Positions 13,695-26,050 of a stretch of 64,000 nucleotides of DNA are shown here, in pieces (positions within the stretch are counted from its first letter, which is position 1; each line of letters starts with the position of its first letter). The position numbers and the translations under genes are program-made. Origin of the DNA: Eledone cirrhosa (lineage: Eukaryota); contig OZ024758.1 in NCBI GenBank assembly GCA_964016885.1, positions 25,110,001 to 25,174,000 of the forward strand, read 5' to 3'. Below the pieces are notes generated by a model, which was not told the DNA's origin, did not search any database, and saw only the letters and a list, made by a program, of their open reading frames with translations.

Positions 13695-14350
13695 GACCAG
13701 CCTACTTAAGAAAACAAACATAACTTAAAATTAAAATAGACACAACAGTGTTCCCAGCATAACCAAGTCTTGAAATAAAACAATATAAAAGTTAATCTTT
13801 CTTCTAAGAATTCCACAAACTTTGTGCCTAACTCTCATAATTTGTGTCAGATGGATAATTGGACGCCAACCTAACACAAGAAAAATTTCCAGGATCCACG
13901 AAAGCTTGGATTATTTGGGACCAATTCTCAATAGTTAAAATTAAGAAAAAATAGCACTGCATGTCGTATGTCAGATATACAACGTAACGTCAATTCGAAC
14001 CTCTGATCCACATAATCAAAGTTCGGATTTCAGGAACATACCAGTAATATACAAATACAAATGTTAGTAGTGCAGCTCCCATTTAAACAAATTTTACACA
14101 TTAAGATTTTCAATTCAACCATTCTTACAGCATTTTTTAAATAAAGTTAAACTTATATAATTTGCTATACGAGGGAAAAGGAAATAAATAATAATTAGTT
14201 AAAACGCGCGCGCGCGCACGTATACATGCAAATACATATGCACACGAGTTGCGTCCCTTGTACCTGTAGGAAGCTCGACCTAATTTTCCACCGTTTATAT
14301 CGCGCGTGGTTTAAAATTATAATCTCTATGCATAAAATACGTGAATTATA

Positions 14351-14434
14351 TACAGGGTGTCCTCCAAAAATGTATACACATTTCAAAAGCATTCTAATAA
14401 ATATATGTATATATATTTTTGGGGACACCCTGTA
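14351..14434. mobile_element. Tc1/mariner-type MITE, internally deleted
   Basis: TA-CAGGGTGTCC...GGACACCCTG-TA; same TIR and subterminal sequence as 56321-56642. Confidence 0.8.
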
Positions 14435-14446
14435 TATGTATGTGTG

Positions 14447-14481
<35 letters not shown>

Positions 14482-14960
14482 ATGGGAAAATACGATTAGT
14501 TAAGTTTAAATGTCTATACTAATAATATAATTTTCTATTAAATATGCACCCATGTATCGTATACATATATATATATATACTGTTTTTAATTCCTTTTAAT
14601 AAAGTTCTCGCCAACATTGCATTATGAAAATGGGGAAAACTGCCTACTTTATGGTTTGTTTCCCACAAATAATGATTTTGGAGCAGATAAACAGAGCGCA
14701 TATTTTTTATTTACCAACTTTCTAATGTCACTGCATCGTGTGTGATATATTAGAATATATTAGATATAAAGTATATTTTAAAAGACACTCTTAAAGGAAA
14801 CAAAAAGAAAAAAGTAACCAAGCCACGAAAGAAAGGGGGAGCGACAGACACTACATCCCAGTAAGATATCAATAATTTTGAAAAAAATTAACTCATCGTT
14901 ATAAATTCCAATAAGACTATATAGCCATATAACATATACACATCAAACGCGTGTATGTGA

Positions 14961-15017
<57 letters not shown>

Positions 15018-15024
15018 TGTGTGC

Positions 15025-15068
<44 letters not shown>

Positions 15069-15182
15069 GTGTGCGTTTATATATATATATATATATGGAA
15101 AGTTATATTTAAATTGTTGGGTTACAACTAGTAAATATTTATAACTGATATAAAAGCACTCAACAAGTATTTGGAGTATATT

Positions 15183-15478
15183 TACGATATTAAATAAATG
15201 GAAACTATATTTATAAAACCATATTTATTTCATTATATATATTTCAGGGATATCATATTAACAATATGTTATGCCTTCTTCAGACAAAATACAATATAGA
15301 CAAACTTTTTCAAATGCAAGTCGAGGTTGAACGGTATGTCAAATCTATTTATCTATAAAACTGTCTATATTGTATTTTGTCTGAAGAAGGCATAACATAT
15401 TGTTAATATGATATCCCTGAAATATATATAATGAAATAAATATGGTTTTATAAATATAGTTTCCATTTATTTAATATC

Positions 15479-15481
<3 letters not shown>
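15183..15481. repeat. Perfect 120-bp inverted repeat with 59-bp loop, probably inverted pseudo-LTRs of a Penelope-like element
   Basis: 15183-15302 is the exact reverse complement of 15362-15481; flanked by (TA)n; arms carry a CTGAAGA...GAAA motif. Confidence 0.9.
15373..15438 (+). ncRNA. Candidate minimal type I hammerhead ribozyme (identical mirror copy on - strand at 15226-15291)
   Basis: Stem I TATTTTGT/ATGAAATA (2 G-U pairs), core CTGAAGA, stem II AGG..CATATT-gtt-AATATG..CCT, GAAA, stem III A-T/T-A with palindromic ATAT loop, cleavage triplet AUA ending at 15430. Confidence 0.6.
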
Positions 15482-15548
<67 letters not shown>

Positions 15549-15693
15549 ATGTCGAGATAAAAACCACTTTGTGCTTGGTTTGTTTGGGAAATGGTAATTT
15601 GATATATTTCGCTATTTCGCCATAACACCGCTTCTCTCTGACAAGGTGTTTATAAGATGCTCAGTCAGAGCCGCTGTTTTGTAGTTATCTATC

Positions 15694-15882
15694 AATAAAA
15701 GCAGTGGAGAATTCCGTTGCACATTTTTTTCGGGGGTGAGTGCGACCGACGTCAACGCCCTCTCCCGACTTCGATTGTTGAATTTGATTTGTTATGTTTT
15801 TACACGCCCTTTGAAATGTATGTACCCCCCCCCCCCTTGTATTTGTCCCAATCTGTGATGCCCTGGTGGAAAATAAATAGAA
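15694..15882 (+). mobile_element. Short 3' UTR fragment of a Tx1/L1-type LINE
   Basis: Shares GTTGCACATTTTTTT(C)CGGGGGT and CCCCTTGTATTTGTCCC blocks with the 3' UTR at 16676-16850; flanked by AGTTATCTATC direct repeats (15683 and 15883). Confidence 0.7.
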
Positions 15883-15923
15883 AGTTATCTATCCATATAT
15901 CTGCTTGTGTGTCTACGTATCTA

Positions 15924-16854
15924 TCTATCTACTGGCAGGCGGACCCGGCGATCAGTGGAGACTCCACTTCGTCATTCTATAGAGGGTTGATCCGCAGCAA
16001 GTGCGACGACGCGCTCGGTGAAACTCTAGGCGTAGAGGAAGATGAACTGGCCAGTCTGTTCGGTAGGACCTTCCGCCCGGGACCGATGGACAACTTCCAA
16101 AAGTCCCTGGCCTGGCAGTGCTACCGAGGAGCTCTACCAGTTCGAGACAAGCTCTACAGACATGGGCGCCCGGGCAGGGACTCTGCAAAAAAGATCTGTC
16201 CGAGGTGCGTGCGAGACGAAGAAACCGTCGCGCACGCATTCATACACTGCCCGAGCGTCACTGACCTGTGGGGCTATGTAGAACGACTATTGTCGCGGGT
16301 GGGACCAATCCAGTTGACCACCGAGTCCATTGTCATGATCAAACCGCCACCCTCCTTCAAAAATGAAAGAGAGGCGGTTTTCCTTTGTGTGATAGCTATG
16401 GCGAAAGAGGTTGTATGGTGGACAAGGTTGAAAAGGCTGAGGTCAGACACCTTTCTCTCCGGCCAACAACTGATTCTTTTTTTCAAATACCACTTTGGAA
16501 GAAGAATCAGGGTGGAGAGAGAGGTGCTGTACCCCAGCAAGTTTTATGAAAGGTGGGTGAAAGTGGCGAGAATGGCCCGAGTGAATGGGCCTTCTCTCTA
16601 TATCAGCCTGTAGGTTGAGGAAAAAGAGGAGGAGAGGAAAGGAGTACAAACTCTTCGTACTCCTGGAGATGAGGGTTGCACATTTTTTTCCGGGGGTATG
16701 TGTTACCCATATAAACTGTCTCCCTCTATTGGGGAAAATCGACTAACTTTTTAAATTCCATTTGTGATAGTATTTGACACGTTTTTATTGTATGTAAACT
16801 TCCCCCTTTGTATTTGTCCCCTTATTTTGTGCCCCTGTGGCTAATAAGGAAACA
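15924..16854 (+). mobile_element. 5'-truncated Tx1/L1-clade LINE: ORF2 C-terminus with zf-RVT zinc knuckle (stop at 16613) and 3' UTR
   Basis: WQCYRGALPVRDKL...CPRCVRDEETVAHAFIHC (CCHC); identical 38-bp direct repeats at 15886-15923 and 16855-16892. Confidence 0.88.
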
Positions 16855-18913
16855 TATCTATCCATATATCTGCTTGTGTGTCTACGTATCTAGCTAAAGA
16901 AAGATATCTATCCATTAGGTCCTTAAATATGAAATGTCCGATCCCTTTACGCACTTTCAATTTCCAACCGGACATTTCAAACTTAATGACCTGATCTCTA
17001 TCTACTCACATCTCTATCTGTCTGACTAACAGTAAATGCTATCTATTTACATACACAAACAAACGTATATATATTTGGACAACAATAACAACGAAACACT
17101 AATCCCAATGGCAGTCGGACTACTGACAGACAAACAAACAGACCAAAGTCATCGTAATTTAATACGTATATGTTTAATAGTTGTTTCTACTTTGGGCACA
17201 AAGCCAGCAAATTACCCAGTGCATTACTGGTACTTTATGTTATCGACCCCGTAAGGATGAAAGGCAAAGTCAACCTCGGCGGGATTTGAACTCAGATCGT
17301 TAAGGGACGTAACTATGCTGGAAAGGTTGGCGTCCGACTCTCTACCGATACTGCCAATCCACGGCCCGTATATGTTTAATAATGATTAAAGAAAATATGG
17401 AAGGAAATTATTGTAATCGATATAAATGAAATACAACGATGGCCGGAGTGACGAGAGGGAGGTCAAGGAAAACTGAGCATTCATTCAATCATATTTACAG
17501 GCGATGTTGTAATCAAAGATATATTAAATTAAATACTCTTTACTATAATTGTTTCTACTTTTGGCACAAGGCCAGCAATTATCCAGTGCATTACTGGTAC
17601 TTTATGTTATCGACCCCGTAAAGATGAAAGGCAAAGTTAACCTCAGCTGAAGGGTCTTCTCAACCCTTTTTGATATGGTTTTTACAGTAAAATACCATTC
17701 CTGTCGCCAACCACCTAAACGGAGTGTGCCAGTTGCATTGTCATGGCACCAACACTAGAGAGGTTTGATGAACAAGGTCAGGAAAGTTACGCATAACTGA
17801 TTAGGGATACAAAGACCCCAAAGTCAACTTAGTGGAGACCTACGTCCTAGTAAGCAGGAAAGCTAACAGAGCCCTGGTTCTATCAGTGAAAATAGCCATG
17901 CTCAATACGCAAAAAAGAAGCTGCTAGAAATTCCACATAGTGTACACTATGTGGACACAAGAGATGTTGTAGGATCTTGGGCAAGTTAATAATTGTTTCT
18001 ACTTCTGACAAAAGGCCAGCAATTACCCAGTACATTACTGGTACTTTATTTTATCGACCCCGGATGAAAGGTAAAGTTAACCTCAGCGAGATCTGAACTC
18101 AGATCGTAAATGGACGTAACTATGCTGGAAAGCATGGCGTTCGACCCTTTACCGGTACTGCCAATTCAAGTTAATAATGAATGTAGGCTATGACAGGCAT
18201 AGGAGGGGTAAACAGCAAGTCCTCAATGAACACTTTAATGTTGTAAGGTTGGTAGTGTTGGTGCTGTGATAAAATGCACCTAGTACACACTGTGAAGCAG
18301 TTGGCATTAGGAAAGGCATCCAGCCCTAGAAACCATGCTCCCAATACATACTGTAAAGTGGTTGATGTTAGGAAGGGTGTCCAGATGTAGAAACCAAGCT
18401 CCTAGTACATGTTGTAAAGTAGTTGTTCTTCCTAATGCCAACCAGTCAAAGAAACTATGCCAAAATGAAATGTAAAACATGGTCATCTGACATATCGAGC
18501 CTCAGAATATGACAACCTATCTAACACATGTAACAATGAAAAATAGACATAAAACTGTCATGATGATGATGACATTGAGATATATATATATCAGAAGATC
18601 CCATTAAGGGTGAAAGCAGCGATTCTTTGCTTAAACTTTAATCTGTTATTTTAATAAATATATATATATATATGATGTTGGTGGTGTGAGAAAATATAAT
18701 TAAAGACAGATTTATATGTCCATAAAAATTATTTAAGATATAAATACCAGAGAAAATATATTCATCAGCCAATGAAAATATAATACTATTTTTTCTTAAT
18801 CCAGATATTATTTTGAGAATCTTCTACATAAAGATGAATCTATAACAGCTTGCACACACACACACACGATCTTAAAGCTGAGATTTTGAAAATAAATAAC
18901 AAGCATTTGAAAA

Positions 18914-19130
18914 TAATCCTTTAGCATTTACATTGCTCTATATTTACTATTATATTTTCACAGTAAAGGCTTTACCTCACATATTTATCTCACATAATAT
19001 CGAATCTATGAGATTTTGATATTATTTATTTGGAGAATAATACCTTAACATAAGTATGAACAGCCAGTTACAGCCGGTTTGAACAGAAAGAGGTGAGAGA
19101 TATGGCCGGTTTAAATGCTAAAGGGTTTAA
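18914..19130. mobile_element. piggyBac-type MITE family A
   Basis: CCTTTAGCATTT...AAATGCTAAAGGG termini, family A body. Confidence 0.85.
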
Positions 19131-20601
19131 GTCAATTGACACTAGTTTAATGTTTTAGTATTATAGCCATTCACAAAATCTGCTGTTTTCAAGGTTTAGA
19201 TTTGATTATAAAATGGACTTGTGATCAAAGCAAAAGTATGTTAGTCTGAGAAAATAGTGTTGTCATAGCAGAATTAAAATAATGACTAAATGCAACATAT
19301 TTTTCAACATCTTTTAGGCTAAAAGTTACTTCCAGCTGAAAGTAAAATAGAAAGATGACATAAATAACTTTGATTCTCTACCAAATAGAACACACAGGTC
19401 TGCCAAAGAAAATAAACAAGACAGTATGTTGTCTGGTGCAGTAGAACTTAATACCATAAGATAGCTGATTATAGTAAGAAAGTAAACATAAAGGCTACAG
19501 CTTAACAATTACCAACAATAATGTCTATAGACTGAGAATGTTACCTTCCATGAGTACAAAAACTCACTCAGGTAAGCTAAAGTTAGACATAAGAAAGAAG
19601 ATTTCACTGTTGGCTGAGGTTGGAGTGAATCCAACACATGCCAATCTGGAATAGTGATACAGTGATATCAACACACCTGGCACATGATAAATTATGGAGA
19701 AATGAAGGCATGTGAATCTAAGTCTAGACTGAAATACTGCTTCAAGATGGCCATTCACAATATTTAAATAGCAACAGCTAAAGAACTAGTTTCTTGAAGT
19801 ACAGAAACATACGGGAGAAAATAACTTGGGGGGGGGATGACAGTAAACAGTTGTTCTGAATCTAAAAACAATTATAAACCAGCAGATCTTTTTTATGACT
19901 TCCAAGTACCAGATATGAAGATGTCTACATTGCCAGACACAAATATTGCAATTGTGTACTTAGCATATGCTATAGGTTTAAAAAAAAAGAAACGTTTTCA
20001 AAGACTAAATCAAGATGAGAAACAACTTTTCAATAGTATAATCTTACTTAAGAAAGAAATAACCCCCCCCCCCCCCCCCCCCCCCCAAAAAAAATTTTGA
20101 GTCAGTAAAATTTTGCCAGCGGAGATAGATGTAACAGTTATTCCAGCGGAAGAATTTAGCTGTAAGTTAATAAATACTAGCAGCAGATATAATATATAGG
20201 CCAAGGTTATATTTGTCAGTAGGTCTTAGCAATCAATCCGCTTGAGAGCTGTTCTACATTTGTTAGTTGCATATATTTCCATCTTCACGTTTTACTTTTT
20301 AACTACTTTGATTTGAATATTGATTAATCTTGCATGAAATATATATTAACACAAAAAAAAAAACCCCCATCAAAGTTGATTTTTTTTATTATTGTTATTA
20401 TAATTATTATTATACTATAAGTTGTTGCTTTTCATCCTTTCGAGGTCGATAAAAAAAGTACCAGTCTAGTACAGGAGTCGATTCTTCCTCTGGAGGAAAT
20501 CTGCTGTACTCAGGCTTTCTTGTCATGTGGGAATTATGTGATGGAATTTAGCAGCTTCAAACCTAACATTTTTTTCGTTTTTTGTGTTCTTCCTTTTTTG
20601 A

Positions 20602-20817
20602 TTAACCCTTTAGCATTTAAACTGGCCATATCCGGCCAGAATTCTCTCACCTCTTTCTGTTCAAACTGGCTACTCATACTTATGTTAAGGTATAGTTCTC
20701 AAAATAAATAATATCAAAATCTCATAGATTCAATATTATGTGAGATAATTATGTGAAAATATAATACCATGAAAATATAATAGTAAATATAGAGTAATGT
20801 AAATGTTAGAGGGGTAA
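20602..20817. mobile_element. piggyBac-type MITE family A
   Basis: TTAACCCTTTAGCATTTAAA start, degenerate right TIR. Confidence 0.85.
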
Positions 20818-21571
20818 AGGTTCCCAAATGGTGTTCATATTTATGCTCTGAGCTGAACATATGTGCTAATCCGTTCAATTGTCTTACATCACCAATAACA
20901 ACTAACATGAGGATATCTCAGGCATGGACAACAGAAACAGAACAATCTATCACTGTGGATACAGTCAAAATTCTGAATACAAGAGCTACCTGATGAAGGT
21001 TGGAAAATACAACAACCAAAACATTGAGATAACAACCAAGATGAGGGCACATTAAATCAGTTCAAAATAATGATTTCTACTATAGGCACAAGGGCAGCAA
21101 TTCTGTGGAAGGGGAAAGTCAATTAAATCAACCCCAGTGCATTACTGGTACTTTATTCTAATGACCTCGTAAAGATGAAAGGCAAAGCTAACCTCGGCGA
21201 GATTTGAACTCAAACTGTAATGGGCTGTAACTCTATGCTGCAAAGCATGATGTCCGACATGCTACCAAAACTGCCAATCCACTGCCCTAAATTAGTTCAT
21301 AAAAATGATAATTCCTTATCTTAGATATTCAAACATAATTTATTAGGTCGATATGGATATGACCTGAAACAAGAATCAAGATGATTAGAAAAGTTCCACC
21401 AAAAATGAATATCAAACCATCTACCATTCTTACACAGATGCAGAGACCTAAAAATATTTCCACCAAATTTAGCTACCTAAACATTGGTCTATTCCAGAGG
21501 AGCTGGAAGGGATTTTAGAAAGAGAAAGACATGCTTTTGTTAGGAAGAGGATCTTCATAACCACCAGATTA

Positions 21572-21950
21572 GTTACATAACGAACAGCTCAAACGGGTTA
21601 CATAACGAACAGCTCAAATGGGTTATATAATGAACAGCTCAAATGGGTTATATAATGAACAGCTCAAATGGGTTATATAATGAACAGTTCAAACAGGTTA
21701 TATAATGAACAGCTCAAACAGGTTACACAATGAACAGCTCAAATGAGTTATATAATGAACAGGTTATATAACGAACAGCTCAAACAAGTTACATAACGAA
21801 CAGCTCAAATGGGTTATATAATGAACAGGTTATATAACGAACAGCTCAAACAGGTTACATAACGAACAGCTCAAACAGGTTACACAATGAACAGCTCAAA
21901 TGGGTTATATAATGAACAGTTCAAACCGGTTATATAATGAACAGCTCAAA
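21572..21950. repeat. 25-bp minisatellite GGTTATATAATGAACAGCTCAAATG, about 15 units
   Basis: Period 25 (GGTTA at 21621, 21646), some truncated units. Confidence 0.95.
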
Positions 21951-22904
21951 ATAGAAAATAATTATCAGTACCACTAGATTAGTTACATAATGAACAGCTC
22001 AAAATAGAAATAAAAGTCAGTCATTTCTAGGCCAAATAACATTAAATGTGAATAAAAGTTGAATTTAATTATCTAGACAAGTCATACAAACAAGAATTTG
22101 ATAAGGTCAAGACATGCCAAATATAAAAAACTAGAGAAGTTGAAAGATCATAGTAAGAGATACAGCAAGTTCACTATCAACCTGTGAAAGTAGTTGTCAA
22201 CATCAGTAAATGTCAGTTAGTGCTAAACAAAGAACTCAACTTTACAACACCATGTGGGTTCCATACTTTGACATGATACCCTCAATTAAGGAAGTAGCTT
22301 TGAAAAACTGCTAAACCACAAACTGATGAGTTGAGATGGGAAGTAAGACAACTCAACTTTACAACATCATGTGGGTTCCACACTTAGACAAGTTTGAAGA
22401 CATATTTAAAGATGTTACCATTCATTCTAATAGAATGATGAATTTATATAGCTGTGGTGAATATTGATCAAGGTCCCCATAGTTGAAGCTCCACCAGTAG
22501 CTCAAGTCATAGACAATCTACCCCTTATAAGGGAGTCTGTTTAAGATTACAAGAACATGACAGAATGGAACAGGCACCCTAAGAAGGCTGGATTGTACAG
22601 CAGCCAAGATGAGGGCACAAGTCCTAATAAATCGCTTTCTCTGATCGATTGACAAGATCCCAGACCTCATTCACTTGCCAAGTGGGGTGGACCTCGTCAA
22701 ATCGGACCAAGGAAACAATGTTTTCATTGGTCTATCCATTGCTGATACTATCTATCGGTCGCAACTCCTGGCAGAAAGAGCAAAGTGAAATAAAGTGTCT
22801 TGCTCAAGGACACAACACATCACCCAGTCCGAGAATTAAACTTGTAACCTTATGATTGTGAATCCAACTCTCTAACTACTAAGCCAAGTGCCTAATATCT
22901 CAGT

Positions 22905-23107
22905 TTAACCCTTTAGTATTCATATTACTCTATATATACTATTACATTTTCATGGTAAAGGCTTTACCTTGCAAAATTATCTCACATAATATCGAATCTA
23001 TGAGATTTTGAAAGTATTACCTTAACATCAGTTTGAGTGACCAGTTACAGCCAGTTTCAACAGAGAGAGGTAGAGAATTCTGGCTGGTTTGAACATTAAA
23101 GGGGTTA
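22905..23107. mobile_element. piggyBac-type MITE family A (subfamily A2), downstream of exon D
   Basis: TTAACCCTTTAG...GAACATTAAAGGGG. Confidence 0.85.
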
Positions 23108-23318
23108 TAATAATAATTCTTCATCTTAGAAGTTCAAACAAAATAGAATGTTTTTATTTACTCATTGACCATTCTTCTTAACTACTGGTGCTTTGGATGT
23201 TTGTTTCTGATCCCACTTTGGAATGCAGGGGGGGTCAGGTCAGGGTGTAAAATAATTGGAGACAGGTAACAAAATCATATAAAAATATTTAGAGAAATGA
23301 AAAATATGAAATACTTAC

Positions 23319-23445
23319 AGTCTTTCTCTAAAACAACAGGTTGTTCATCTTGAGACTTTGGAGCTTCCGATAAGTGCAGCCCAGTTTCAGGATCGTAACC
23401 AACTTTGTCAATTGTTCGTTTGCAAGCTCTCACTATGGATCCCCC
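23319..23445 (-). CDS. BRPF1: BRPF1-family exon D (not in ORF track)
   Basis: ttttgtgcag|GGG...GACT|gtaagt; 127 nt, phase 0-1; GGSIVRACKRTIDKVGYDPETGLHLSEAPKSQDEQPVVLEKD continues RDQ|GG as in BRPF proteins (GG..R.A.R....G.D.ETG.H); the intron before it is 28,684 bp. Confidence 0.92.
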
Positions 23446-23521
23446 CTGCACAAAAAGAAAAAGAAAAGATTAATAAATTATTGCCTCCTTTTATTGCAAT
23501 CAATAAGATCTAAAATGAATT

Positions 23522-23750
23522 TTAACCCTTTAGCATTTAAACCAGCCATATCCAGTCAGAATTCTCTCACTTCTTTCTGTTCAAACTGGCTGTAACTGGC
23601 TGATCATACTGAGGTTAACGTATTGTTCTCAAAATAAATAATATCAAAATCTCATAGATTTGACATTATGTGAGATAATTATGTGAGGTAAAGCCTTTAC
23701 CGCGACAATACAATAGTAAATATAGAGTAATGTAAATGCTAAAGGGTTAA
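23522..23750. mobile_element. piggyBac-type MITE family A, complete reference-like copy
   Basis: TTAA-CCCTTTAGCATTTA ... TAAATGCTAAAGGG-TTAA: perfect TIRs and TTAA target duplication. Confidence 0.92.
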
Positions 23751-24295
23751 GCAAAGTATGTTTTAATAAAGAAAGAATAGTGCAGAAGATATTTTTACAA
23801 TGGTTTAGTTTTTATAACAAAAAATGTATATAAACAACAACAATCTTATATGATTTTACAAAAATAACTGTAAGCAAAAGATAATCAATGTTATCATATA
23901 GTGATATCAATTATCAAATGGTGATAATTAGTGCAAGTTATTTATATATCTCTTCTACTTACACATGATTATTATTAAACCTTCTTCTGCTGTTATTAGA
24001 AAAACCTATTAATAAGGGTTATAAAGGATATGTCAAAATTCTGGAATGTAAAGAAAGCCACAGTAGAGGAAGACCAAGGAAGACATGGATGGAAGTGGTG
24101 AGAGCTGATCTCAAATCGCTGAAACTCAGAGATGACAAAGGAACGCAACAAGTGGAGAGATGTTGTACTGAGAAAGACCTGTTCAGCCCATGCAAGCGTG
24201 AAACAACAGCTGTAAAATAGTGATGATAACCAATCCCAAGTTATTTACAGGTATGAATATTGCCAAAACAATTAAGGAAGAAGTGTTGTATAAAA

Positions 24296-24560
24296 TTAAC
24301 ACCTTCCTTACCATATTTCTAGTAAAAGTCACTGTCTATGATTTTTAAATAATTTGGAAAATAATCAAGAATCTTGGGTGGAGTTAAGTAATATAACTAA
24401 CTTCCTCATTATTAAGCTGGTGTTTGGAGCATAACCTATCGAAATTCTTACATAAAATTATGATGGACTGCTTTTAGATAAATATCAACACTTTAAAATA
24501 AAGAGCCTCCTACTGTAAAACCACAGGCAGTTTCAGACAGTTTTGTATTAAAAGGGTTAA
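24296..24560. mobile_element. piggyBac-type MITE family B, older
   Basis: TTAA...AAAGGGTTAA ends; reverse complement aligns with the outer element at 51523-51974. Confidence 0.7.
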
Positions 24561-24594
24561 GTAAACCTGACCTAATAAACAACAAATAAATAAA

Positions 24595-24890
24595 ACCACT
24601 GGGAAGAGGAAACCAGGAAGATAAAGAACAACATTTACGGACAGCCTAAACAAATATGTCAATGAAAATAGGAGAAAGTATAACCTTAACCGAATACTGA
24701 CAACAGGAAGGACTGGAGAGCCATGATTGCCAATGTCTGGAACAGACTTGATACCTGATGATGGAATAAGACCATAGATAAAGAAGCAGCTCTATATAAT
24801 ACATAAACCACTTATCCGGCACACTGACAACAGGAAGGACTGGAGAGCCATGATTGCCAATGTCTGGAACAGACCTGGCACCTGATGATA

Positions 24891-24925
<35 letters not shown>

Positions 24926-24935
24926 ATAAGACCAT
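24595..24935 (+). mobile_element. 3' end of a second LINE family, with its terminal about 70 bp duplicated in tandem and a (GAT)n tail
   Basis: ACTGACAACAGGAAGGACTGGAGAGCCATGATTGCCAATGTCTGGAACAGAC..GATGATG occurs twice, about 126 bp apart. Confidence 0.6.
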
Positions 24936-25118
24936 ACACAAAGAAGGGACTATGTTAGAAAAAAAAAAAAAAACCTCATTTGGTCATTCCATGAGAGTAT
25001 CTTGGTCAACCTATGAACTTTTCAGCCAACACTCAGAGATTACATATAAAACCAGTGTATAGTAGTTGATAAATACTTCATTAATACTTCTCATTCTATA
25101 AGTAATTCTAAAATGAAT

Positions 25119-25304
25119 CTAACCCTTTAGCATTTAAACCAGCCAGAATTCTCTCACCTCTCGGCCACTCATACTGCTGTTAAGATATTGTTCTCAAAAT
25201 AAATAATATCAAAATCTCATATATTCGATATTATGTGAGATAATTATGTGAGGTAAAACCATGAAAATACAATAGTATATATAATGTAAATGCTAAAGGG
25301 TTAA
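25119..25304. mobile_element. piggyBac-type MITE family A flanked by a 51-bp direct duplication
   Basis: TIRs intact; flanks 25072-25122 and 25303-25353 differ at 3 positions. Confidence 0.85.
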
Positions 25305-26050
25305 TACTTCATTAATACCTCACATTCTATAAGTAATTCTAAAAAGAATCTAAATCTAAAAGAATTTCATCAACTTACTTCGAATTTACCATTTTAGTGA
25401 AGAAACAAGCAATAGAACTACTTTCACAGATATATTTAAACCTATTTTATTTTTGTCTGAGAGTGCACTGCTTATAATTTCCAGGTTACGCACAATACTG
25501 CTAAAACCATCGTCCTTTCTTATAAAATTTCTAAAGCAACAATTTTAAGCACCAATAATCACAGGTTTGGCATCAAAAGCAGCTACATTTGAAATATTTT
25601 TAGATCAAAAGATTTCTTTGAAAAAAAAAAAAAAAAAATGATTATGAGCTTCTTTCTCTATCATGAAAGTAGAAGAATACTCACACCCACTCACCCACTT
25701 ATCAAAAGAAAAAGATGTTATAAACTAAATATTAAAAAGAAAATCAACCAGAGGCCACCCACACGGCAGCTGCCAGAAATGTTGTTATCACAAAACATAT
25801 AAAGTCTTTTGATAACTTTAAATATCAATATGCAAACCAAGAAGATATTTAATTTCACCAGTGACCTCGCAATCACTGATGTTTTTTCATTGTTTTCTTA
25901 AAGCTTATGAAATACAGCTACATGTTTCTCAAGAACAAGAACAACAACCATCTTTAATATACAAATATAAACATACATTTATGGGAATTCCTTTTTCATC
26001 ACACTGACCATTAACTAAGGATACTGATAAAACTGTGTTACATTGAAGAA

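Noticed and set aside
15580-15676. Possible further hammerhead on the - strand (CTGACTGA...GCGAAATATATC)
   Set aside because: The first box does not fit CUGANGA and the stems are unconvincing
15717-15923. N-terminal part of the 298-aa ORF
   Set aside because: Read-through of an upstream UTR fragment and target duplication; LINE homology starts only near 15930
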